From assembly GCA_046563655.1 (NCBI GenBank), contig CM102285.1, positions 11,532,001 to 11,596,000 of the forward strand: a stretch of 64,000 nt of DNA. The letters are read 5' to 3'. Position 1 is the stretch's first letter; every line of letters begins with the position of its first letter. The position numbers and the translations under genes were made by a program. Origin of the DNA: Yuukianura sp. NJ FZ-2021 (lineage: Eukaryota). Below are positions 49,065 to 61,251 of this stretch, one piece after another. Under the pieces are notes generated by a model. The model was given only the letters and a program-made list of their open reading frames with translations. It ran no database searches and was not told the DNA's origin.

Positions 49065-52000
49065 TAATTTCGAATTTAGTTTTTGGCAACTCGAATCTCA
49101 ACTTAAAAAATTTACTTAACGTATCCGAAATTTCTTAAAACGTAAAAAGGGAAAACAATTCCTTTCTAAATAATATTTCTAAATTTTTTACTAAACCTTC
49201 TCTGCACCATCACTTAGGAACACATACTAAATCCCACAACCGAAACCTACGGAATCACTTCTTGACGAATGTGTCCATGCACAGATCGTTTCAAAGTCTC
49301 AATCCGCATTGGTTCGGGGATGTGGTAAAAAACTTAGTCCCTGTGTCTCTTGCTTGAATGCGCAGCAGAAGTGTTATTATTAGAGTTAACGAGACTTGAC
49401 TTGACGTTTAACGTGACTTTCGGTTTTTTTCTATACGCTGGAACATACGGCATTGTAGTAGATTGGGCGCGAGGACGGATCGAGGCTTGCAAGTAGCTGT
49501 TCAGGTGACACAGGGCAGGGAGGGGTGTGAATCTCTCTCGGTAAGTCCGGAGTGTGCCAGTTCGAGTGAACTGGGGCCGGAATCTCGAGCGTAGTCATTG
49601 ACTAGTCCTCTGTCGTATGTATCTTCGTGTAGACTAATTCCGAATTTCGTTTTTCACAACTCGAATCTCAACTTAAAAAATTTACTTAACGTAGCCGAAA
49701 TTTCTTAAAACGCAAAAAGTGAAAACAACTCTTTTCTAAATAATAGTTCTAAATTTTTTCCTAAACCTTCTGTGCACCATCACTTAGGAACACATACTAA
49801 ATCCCACAACCGAAACCTACGGAATCACTTCTTGACGAATGTGTCCATGCACAGATCGTTTCAAAGTCTCAATCCGCATTGGTTCGGGGATGTGGTAAAA
49901 AACTTAGTCCCTGTGTCTCTTGCTTGAATGCGCAGCAGAAGTGTTATTATTAGAGTTAACGAGACTTGACTTGACGTTTAACGTGACTTTCGGTTTTTTT
50001 CTATACGCTGGAACATACGGCATTGTAGTAGATTGGGCGCGAGGACGGATCGAGGCTTGCAAGTAGCTGTTCAGGTGACACAGGGCAGGGAGGGGTGTGA
50101 ATCTCTCTCGGTAAGTCCGGAGTGTGCCAGTTCGAGTGAACTGGGGCCGGAATCTCGAGCGTAGTCATTGACTAGTCCTCTGTCGTATGTCTCTTCGTGT
50201 AGACTAATTCCGAATTTCGTTTTTCACAACTCGAATCTCAACTTAAAAAATTTACTTAACGTAGCCGAAATTTCTTAAAACGCAAAAAGTGAAAACAACT
50301 CTTTTCTAAATAATAGTTCTAAATTTTTTCCTAAACCTTCTATGCACCATCACTTAGGAACACATACTAAATCCCACAACCGAAACCTACGGAATCACTT
50401 CTTGACGAATGTGTCCATGCACAGATCGTTTCAAAGTCTCAATCCGCATTGGTTCGGGGATGTGGTAAAAAACTTAGTCCCTGTGTCTCTTGCTTGAATG
50501 CGCAGCAGAAGTGTTATTATTAGAGTTAACGAGACTTGACTTGACGTTTAACGTGACTTTCGGTTTTTTTCTATACGCTGGAACATACGGCATTGTAGTA
50601 GATTGGGCGCGAGGACGGATCGAGGCTTGCAAGTAGCTGTTCAGGTGACACAGGGCAGGGAGGGGTGTGAATCTCTCTCGGTAAGTCCGGAGTGTGCCAG
50701 TTCGAGTGAACTGGGGCCGGAATCTCGAGCGTAGTCATTGACTAGTCCTCTGTCGTATGTCTCTTCGTGTAGACTAATTCCGAATTTCGTTTTTCACAAC
50801 TCGAATCTCAACTTAAAAAATTTACTTAACGTATCCGAAATTTCTTAAAACGCAAAAAGTGAAAACAACTCCTTTCTAAATAATATTTCTAAATTTTTTC
50901 CTAAACCTTCTGTGCACCATCACTTAGGAACACATACTAAATCCCACAACCGAAACCTACGGAATCACTTCTTGGCGAATGTGTCCATGCACAGATCGTT
51001 TCAAAGTCTCAATCCGCATTGGTTCGGGGATGTGGTAAAAAACTTAGTCCCTGTGTCTCTTGCTTGAATGTGCAGCAGAAGTGTTATTATTAGAGTTAAC
51101 GAGACTTGACTTGACATTTAACGTGACTTTCGGTTTTTTCCCTATGCGCTAGAACATACGGCATTGTAGTAGACTGGGCGCGAGGACGGATCGAGGCTTG
51201 CAAGTAGCTGTTCAGGTGACACAGGGCAGGGAGGGGTGTGAATCTCTCTCGGTAAGTCCGGAGTGTGCCAGTTCGAGTGAACTGGGGCCGGAATCTCGAG
51301 CGTAGTCATTGACTAGTCCTCTGTCGTATGTCTCTTCGTGTAGACTAATTCCGAATTTCGTTTTTCACAACTCGAATCTCAACTTAAAAAATTTACTTAA
51401 CGTATCCGAAATTTCTTAAAACGCAAAAAGTGAAAACAACTCCTTTCTAAATAATATTTCTAAATTTTTTCCTAAACCTTCTGTGCACCATCACTTAGGA
51501 ACACATACTAAATCCCACAACCGAAACCTACGGAATCACTTCTTGGCGAATGTGTCCATGCACAGATCGTTTCAAAGTCTCAATCCGCATTGGTTCGGGG
51601 ATGTGGTAAAAAACTTAGTCCCTGTGTCTCTTGCTTGAATGTGCAGCAGAAGTGTTATTATTAGAGTTGACGAGACTTGACTTGACATTTAACGTGACTT
51701 TCGGTTTTTTTCCTATACGCTAGAACATACGGCATTGTAGTAGACTGGGCGCGAGGACGGATCGAGGCTTGCAAGTAGCTGTTCAGGTGACACAGGGCAG
51801 GGAGGGGTGTGAATCTCTCTCGGTGAGTCCGGAGTGTGCCAGTTCGAGTGAACCGGGGCCGGAATCTCGAGCGTAGTCATTGACTAGTCCTCTGTCGTAT
51901 GGATCTTTGTGTATATTTAACGGGACTTTTGGTTTTTTTTTATTCGGTCGAACGTACGGCAGTAGACATCTATTGTTGTAGGAATCTTCGGGTATTTTTA

Positions 52001-52845
52001 GCGGGACTTTTGGTTTTTTTTTATTCGGTCGAACATACGGCAGTAGACATCTTTTGTTGTAGGAATCTTCGGGTATTTTTAACGGGACTTTTGGTTATTT
52101 TTTTTTATTCGGTCGAACATACGGCAGTAGACATCTTTTGTTGTAGGAATCTTCGGGTATTTTTAACGGGACTTTTGGTTTTTTTTTCTTATACGGTAGA
52201 ACATACGGCAGGAGATTGGGCGCGAGGACGGATGAGGCTTGCAAGTAGCTGTTCAGGTGGCACAGGGCGGTGAGGGGTGTGAGCCTCTCTCGGTGAGTCC
52301 GGTGTGCGCCAGTTCGAGTGAATGAGGCCGGAATCTCGAGCGTAGTCATTGACTTATCTTGTGTCGTATGGATCTTCGTGTAGACTAATTCCGAATTTAG
52401 TTTTTGACAAGTCGAATCTCAACTTAAAAAATTTACTTAACGTATCCGAAATTTCTTAAAACGCAAAAAGGGAAAACAACTCCTTTCTAAATAATATTTC
52501 TAAATTTTTGACTAAACCTTCTCTGTACCATCACTTAGGAACACATACTAAATCCCACAACCGAAACCTACGGAATCACTTCTTGGCGAATGTGTCCATG
52601 CACAGATCGTTTCAAAGTCTCAATCCGCATTGGTTCGGGGATGTGGTAAAAAACTTAGTCCCTGTGTCTCTTGCTTGAATGTGCAGCAGAAGTGTTATTA
52701 TTAGAGTTAATGAGACTTGACTTGACATTTAACGTGACTTTTGGTTTTTTTTCTTATACGCTGGAACATACGGCAGTAGATATCTTTTGTTGTATGGGTC
52801 TTCGTGTATTTTTAATGTGACTTTCGGTTTTTTCCTTATACACTA
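49065..52845. repeat. 570-bp tandem array: five near-identical units (starts 49065, 49635, 50205, 50775, 51346), then four 81-84-bp subrepeats (51919-~52210), then further partial units to ~52845
   Basis: Direct sequence identity at a 570/571-bp period. The subrepeat a(a/g)cgggacttttgg starts at 51919, 52000, 52081 and 52165. Confidence 0.97.
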
Positions 52846-52916
52846 GAGGGACCACACCCTGCACAACAAACCAGAAACTTAAATCTGGTATGTTATGCAC
52901 AAAGGGACCATTGCAC

Positions 52917-52968
52917 TACGGTCTACCGTGTTGCTCGGTACTGATGACGACAGCAGTCAGAAACCGTG
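52917..52968 (+). ncRNA. Type III hammerhead ribozyme, predicted cleavage after C52923 (GUC)
   Basis: UACGG-UC / stem I UACCG-UGUUGCU-CGGUA / CUGAUGA / stem II CGAC-AGCA-GUCA / GAAA / CCGUG closing stem III. All conserved core nucleotides are present. The only defect is a C.A mismatch at the first stem II pair. Confidence 0.8.
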
Positions 52969-53142
52969 TTAACTTGAGATTCTTTGCTTTTCTATTTAAG
53001 AATTTTCAGTGACATAACTGGTAAGTCTATAAGGTGGACAGAGTGAAATTGGAAATCGTTTTTATTTGCTTATGAAAAGTGGTTTTGGTTTAAAATACAA
53101 AGTGAAAAACAGTAACAGTTTACAAGTTATTACCGAGGTCAT

Positions 53143-55174
53143 TTAGGCAATAGATGCTGGTGGATTTGGGTGCGGAGTGACATGGGCTGAAGACAGGGTG
53201 TGACCCACTTCCTGTTTCTTAAATATTTTCTGAATATCTTCTAAACTTTTTCCTTTTGTTTCTGGAACAGTCAAGTACATTGAAATACATCCAATGAATC
53301 CAAATCCAGCAAAAACCCAAAAACAAAAGTAAAATCCCATAGATGCTGCAACAGTATTGAAATTTTTGGTAACAAGGAAAGCACAGATCCATGCCAGAGC
53401 AATAGAAATTGAAGAACAGGCACCTTGACAGAAAAAGAAAAATGAAAATTTCGAAAAAGTTGATGCCTTGATCCAAAATTTTTGTATTTTTGACTAACCT
53501 TTGTCATTTGGTGGCAAAATTTCGCCCATCATTGTCCAGCTAAGGGGTCCCACTCCTAAATTGAATCCCACAATGTAAGTTAGCGTACAAGTAAGTGGAA
53601 ACCACTCCAAGTGTTGCATGACAACAGGATCCACGTAATACGGAATTTCATCTTTGATGAAAAAGAAGACACCAAGGAGTGATAGGGAAATTGTAATAAG
53701 AATTTGAGAGCAGATCAAAAGATGTCTGCGTCCAATTCTGTCGACGAGAAGTGCTGAAGTGATGGAGGCAATTACTTGGACACTTCCGACAATTATACTG
53801 GAGGTGTTTGAACTTAGAAGAAGCGGTGACCCTGCTGCTTGGAAAATACTGGCAGTATAAAAGATGACTGCGTGGAACCCACTCATTTGTCTAAAAACCA
53901 TAAGAGACAAAGAGATGATGATCGGCTTCAACGCACTCGTTTTGAGAACGTCAATAAATTTTGGTGTTTTCTCGTGACTGTCTTCAATACTTTGTTCAAT
54001 CTACCAGAAAATAGAAAAATTGAACTCAAAATTTCTCAAAATTTCTTTATTTTTTGAAAATTTACCAAAATGAGCTCAATTTCCAAATCAGTTTGACTTA
54101 TGTACTGTGAATTGCGTAGCCAATGGAGAGATCTGCCTGCTTGCCAGCTTTTTCCGGATCTCATAAGGTAACGCGGTGTCTTCGGTACGAAAGGTAGAAG
54201 AAACAGGGCCAGTCCAGGAACAAATGCAGAAATAAATGCCAAATCATTCCATGGTAAATACGTTCCAACAACATATCTGGGGAGCAACAAATTTCTTAAT
54301 TTTCTTTTGGCAAAAATTTTGATGGAGAAAATTTGAAAAGAAAGTTGAAAGTTGCTTACGAGAACAAAATGCCTAAAACAAGCATGGCCTGAAATAGAGA
54401 AAACAATGCTCCACGGATATTCGCTTCTGAAATTTCGCTAATGTAAACTGGAACTGCCAGGCTAAATGCACCGGCACAAAATCCTATAATTTTGGAAAAT
54501 TTGTTTTTGTAAAGACAATTTTTTTTCAAACAACAAAAATTTTTAAAACTTTTTACCTGTCAGGAAACGACCAATGAGTAAAACATGTAGCTCTGCTGCA
54601 TATGAAATTAGGATCCACCCTAAGATAAATGGAGCCGTGAAAATCAGCATGCTGTTCTTCCGGCCGAGGTGATCAACCTAAAATTGGCAAATTACTTCTT
54701 TGCAAAGCTTTTGACGTTGTTTACGACAAAATTTTTGCAACACAAGGTTCTTACACAAATTCCTGCAACTGGTGAAGAGGACAAGGCTCCTAGCTGTAAT
54801 AGTAATCAAAGCATGCAAAATCGGTTTTTGCTGGAAAGGTTTTTCAAAATTGTAAATTTGCAAAATTTTTACCATTGCAATTGAGGCTACCCAAGATTTT
54901 TCTTCCGTAGAAATAGTTTCATTTCCAAAATAATATTTGTCCATAGAAGGTAAGGCGGTAGATGTGTAGCCAAGAACATTTCCAAGCCCAAAAATTCCAA
55001 TCGAAGCTTCAACAAAACCAAAATTTCGAATTTTTAAATCCAAACTTTTCGAAAACTTTCAGAGCAAAGCAATGGAAAATTTACAAAATCTTTACCTACT
55101 GAAGCAACTAGGAACTGTTTCACTTTCGCAGAAATTAACGGATGCTGTGTAGCAGCTCCAATTTTAAAGGACAT
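53143..55174 (-). CDS. Tret1: Tret1-like sugar porter, copy E (multi-exon)
   Basis: GYTST, DHLGRK, PVYISEI, PKTPRYL, VDRIGRR, GVGPLSWTMMGEI, PETKGK. A minus-strand AATAAA lies at 53061-53066. Confidence 0.88.
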
Positions 55175-57241
55175 GACTCTGTTTTTGTTTTAAAGTTTTC
55201 AATTGATCATGAACTCAAGTGACTACCTGCACTGAACGTATCTGATTTGTTTCTGATACCAAGATGTGAAAGTTTGTGCGAATTTGCGTCCAAATTGTGC
55301 CTTTCTGCGTCACTTTCCTGTTCTATAAGTTTATGCTAATGGGAACTTGTAAATTAAAGCAAAGTTGTACTTAAGAAGCTACCAACTTCATTAACTTTTG
55401 AAATTGCGTCACACTGGACCAGCATGTGGGTTTTTCTTTTCCAGTTTACAAAAGAATAAGAAACCTAACATAACAGAACCAGTGTTCGCAGTTTGCAAAA
55501 ACTTTAATGTAAAAATTATCCTGGATAATAATGGTGTGCCCTGTGCTCAGAATGAACTGAAGTGAATTGGAAAAGTGTTTCAAATCGTAGGGAGTCTTAA
55601 GGTGTGAGAAAACGCTAATGAGCCTCAGCTTGGAACTTAGTAAATTTAAGTAGCTAATTTCTAAGTCTCAAGACTTTGAACAATGACAAACTTGTCACGC
55701 TAAGGTATGGCTACTATATATAGCTTTAGTTATTTATGATTTAACTCTAGTTAGGGATGCTCATGCATAAAAATGCTGTAAATTTCCATGATGTAAACTT
55801 TTGTTTCGTATCAATTAACTAGAACACATTTAGAACGTAACTAGGATACACTAGGTGGATCCAACTAAAATATGCTTGAAACTATTTTACAGCACAGCTT
55901 CTTATTGTTGTTCTGTCTGCGCACAATTTCATGCCAAATATAACGAAAGACTTATTTTATTGAAAAATAATTCACAGATTTGTCAATTTTGAAAACTGCA
56001 GAGCGAGACGTCCAAAATATTCTCAAATTACAGACACTTCCGCAATTTTTTTTAGCATCAGAATTGAAAAATATTTTGTTGACGGCGTAAACCTATACAA
56101 AAAACTTCTAAAAACTAGTGCAAAAATTCGACAATTCTCAAAGCTTCTAAAAGCGAGACGTGAGAAAATATTTTCCAAGTGTGACAGACAGACGCCTTCC
56201 GCAATTCAGAGACTTCAAAGAACTTAGAAAAATTGTTGTTGATGTTTCTCTTGTTTGATATTTGCATGCATCGCATCCATTTCTGAATCTCAGTGTTTCA
56301 GTATCGCCAATTTCCATTGTCAATTGTTTGCACAAAAAATATATTTTAAAGAGTTCTTTGAGTTCTTCAATAAATTTACACTACAAGACAAACAAAAGGC
56401 TGCAAAAACTCAATTAAAAATTGGCAAAAACAAATATACATTCCTGTTGATTCTGGTTTCGTACCTGGAAATTCAAATCTCAAATTATGTCCAATTACAG
56501 GTTACGCCTTTAAAACTACTTTTTTGTTGAGCATTGGAAACATGCATAATCACCCGGAATTAAATAATTGTTGGATCAAACACGACTAAAATACGAGTTA
56601 CCACAATCACCCATCAACTTTACGCTGAGTGTTTCACAAAAACATGATAAAAAACAATCGCAGAAAATTTCAAGGTTTCCATTTTTTCATCAGTCCTCGT
56701 CAGCCTTTTAACCAGCAAACTTTAACATCTTTTGCCACTCCTATTGTTCTCAAATCCTGAAGGGCAAGGAATTCCAAGAATCCGAAGATGGGAATCGAGT
56801 GTTACCCGGGTATTTCTCCGGAACCTTCGGAGGAAACCGATTTGACGAGGTAAACGCTTCGGTTTTTATTAAGGACTAGTAGAAACCCAGAAACATACGT
56901 TCCTGGTTACGTCTGTCACAGTTCATTGGAATTGATAAAATAAAACCACAATTTCAAGTTATAGTCACTAACACTAGGATTGTTTTAACATTCATTAAGA
57001 CAGTATGGACACTAAACTAGAGTTATGGTTTTAATTGATAAACAATAAATTGACGTTAGGCAATAGAATGTGGTACCACAGAAGTCTATAAGTTATAAGG
57101 TTTGGTTCAAAACGTGATTTTATTAGCTTTTGTCCTTTGACAATTTTACAATTTGGAATGGTCATTCCAAAGTTATACAATTTTAATTTTTGAAGAAGCA
57201 GTTTTGTTAGTCCATTGACACTTTTGACAAGCTAATTTTGA

Positions 57242-58760
<1,519 letters not shown>

Positions 58761-59152
58761 AATACAATTTTTCATCAAATCTGGACAGAGTTTAAAAATC
58801 AAACGCAATTTTAAAGTAGTGTGCGACTTTTCCTTTTAAATCGAACGCAATTTTTAGAAATAAAGCCGAGTTAATAAATGTTTGGGGAAAGTTATAATTT
58901 TCAACCAACTAACTTGGGAATCAACTTGTAAAAAAAACTTCCAAATATTTCGGCATTTTCACAAGCAACTTTTTAAATGTCTTTTTTTTTATCACAAACT
59001 TTGCTTTCACTTCTTTTGATTATCACTTCCAAATATTAGGTTTGTAAAAATGTAGTTTGTTTGTAAAATGTAAAATGTGAAGGTATTGTCCAAGTTTATT
59101 AAAAAATGAAAAACTGCAAAAAGTTCACGAATTTTCCACTATCAGTTTTAAG

Positions 59153-61251
59153 TTATAGTTTGCTAGTACTGATATTTTTGTTGTGAAAATTTCCTTCATT
59201 GGAACTATATCCTGGATCACTGGTTCCTTCATAATTTCGAAGTGGTTGTCGCTCAAAGGATCCAAACAGACTTTGAATTTCATCCAAAGACTTTCCTTTT
59301 GTCTCCGGTAAAATTAAAACTACAAACAGAGTTCCAATTCCACAAATAATGGCAAATATCCAGAAGCACCATGAACCGCCAATTTCTAATTTGACAGATT
59401 CGTAGTACTGCGTGACTAGAAAATCCAGGAACCAGTTGAACACAGTCGCAATAGAAGAAGCGAGCCCTAAGTACACAAATGATGAAGCTAAAGTTTTTAG
59501 AAACAATAAATTCGTAATTTAATTACCCAGCGCTCTTGCAGGCAGAATTTCTCCAACCATCTGAAAGAATGCAAAATGAATTTTTTACCACAATTTTGGA
59601 ATAGGATTCAAGGTTTTGTTGTTTTACCATCCATGGAATAGGGCCAAATCCAAGAGAGAAAGCAATCATAAAAATGATCAAGGACACGAGAGGCAACCAT
59701 CCAATTTCCATGTAAATCGGATCCATCTTGTCATCTTTCAAGTAGAAAAATACACCGAGTGAAACTAGACTCAGGCCCATCAGTGCATCAGAAATCCCCA
59801 ACAAAACTTTACGACCTAACCGGTCAACCAATAGTGTTGCAGCGAATGTAGCTAATAGCTGAACAACGCCGACAATAATTGCTGAAACGTTTCCGTCCAA
59901 AGTCGACCCGGCATCTCGAAATATTGACGACTGATAGAAAATGACAGCAGGAACACCGCCTAAATTGAAAATTATGAAAAAAGTGTCACGAATTTCAGAA
60001 ATGAAAAGGTGCTTTGAAAATCCTTTACTTAATTGTTGGAAAAACATCAGGCAGAGCAGCATAGACGTTGGTTTTAAAATTGTTGGATGAAGTAGATCTC
60101 TGAATGACGCCTGATTCCCCATGGCTTCCGTAACGCCATCCGTGATCTGTTCAGTTTCAAAAACTCTGTTAGAATTTTAATCTAAAAGAAAAAATTTGCA
60201 ACAAAAACTTTACCGCAGACAATTCCGAAGCAATGGAAGACTCTTCAGTAGCACCGCGAAATTTCATCAACGATTGTGTCGCCTGTAGCGTATTGCCTTT
60301 GACAATGTAGTATCGTGGAGATTCTGGCATCATGAACATGCATCCTGCAAATATCGCTGGAACAAATGCACACACAAATGACAACCAGTTCCACGGTAAG
60401 AAATATCCCATGACGTAGCTGAAATTTTGAAGGAAAAAGTGAAATCTCCTTAAAAATAAAAATGAAAGTGAATTTCAAACTCTCAGTTTCCAAATTTCTT
60501 ACGAAAATACAATGCCTATAACAATCATCAGCTGAAAACCAGATCCAAGCATTCCGCGTAACTTCGGTTCAGCAATTTCGCCAATGTAAACAGGCGCTAA
60601 AATGGATTACATTTTTAGATTTTAGGAAGTTCAAAAATTCTACAAAATTCAAAATTTAAAAAATTCATTGATTTACAACCTGCTAGCGAAAATGAACCTC
60701 CACAAAATCCAGTGATGAATCTTCCAGTGACAAGCATTCCATAATTTTGTGCAAAAGCAATCAGAAGCCATCCAAATACAAACGGCGGAGCAGTCAGCAG
60801 CATTGTCATTTTTCTGCCAAGTTTTCCAATTAAAAATCCAGTTACGAAACAAGCACATGTTGCCCCAATTGGAACGATTGATCCCAAAAATGATGCTTGA
60901 CCCACATCATCGTTCAAGTACGCAAATTTTGTGTCATTTTTGATACTTGGAAGAGCTGGCGAAGTCCAAGCTAGTGCCTGGAAATCCAAATCTTAAAATT
61001 GACATCATGACCTACATTTTTTTTTCTCAAAAACCTTCGACTGAACTTGTGTAAAAGCTTTGGTTCACCGTTCCAAGCCCCATGCCTCCCAAACTTGCTG
61101 AACAAAATTACAAAACAAAAATTTAACATTTAATATTTTCAACATTCCGTACAACTAGATCTAAAATTTTAAAAGTTTACTTGACCTTACATGAAATTGC
61201 TGCTAGAAATTGAAGCTGCGTCGACCCACTGTAGAATTCATTTTGAGCCAT
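59153..61251 (-). CDS. Tret1: Tret1-like sugar porter, copy F (multi-exon, includes a ~29-nt micro-exon near 61050-61078)
   Basis: [56 protein letters not shown]. Confidence 0.9.

Noticed and set aside
49460..49490. HDV-like ribozyme on the minus strand (TCCTCGCG resembles L3)
   Set aside because: Could not build P3, P1 or P2 around it.
49431..49598. 55-aa minus-strand ORF (MTTLEIPAPVHSNW...) repeated in each unit
   Set aside because: No recognisable homology, frameshifted in the last copy, and its conservation is explained by recent amplification.
49500..49600. Spliced-leader RNA gene in each unit (donor-like GTAAGT/GTGAGT at 49541 followed by a stem-loop)
   Set aside because: No convincing Sm site (only AAUCUCG) and no leader evidence. 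It would need 5' mRNA reads ending ...ctctctcg to revive the idea.
51899..52273. 124-aa repetitive ORF
   Set aside because: An artefact of the 81/84-bp (multiple of 3) minisatellite.
49065..52845. Tandem array as a CRISPR array, 5S rDNA or classical retrozyme array
   Set aside because: No unique spacers or cas genes, no 5S sequence, and no CUGANGA...GAAA core inside the unit on either strand.
52845..53000. U1 snRNA gene or pseudogene suggested by CCATTGCACTACGG
   Set aside because: No ATACTTACCTG 5' end, no GATCACGAAG loop I and no Sm site. Only the U1A-type loop is present.
52990..53026. 11-nt + strand micro-exon (ttttcag|tgacataactg|gtaagt) downstream of the hammerhead
   Set aside because: No + strand host gene is identifiable, and such motifs arise by chance in AT-rich DNA.
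56670..56700. Second hammerhead on the minus strand (CTGATGA...GAAAC); also CTGATGA at ~19821-19827
   Set aside because: No stem II or flanking stems in the first case, and no GAAA in the second.
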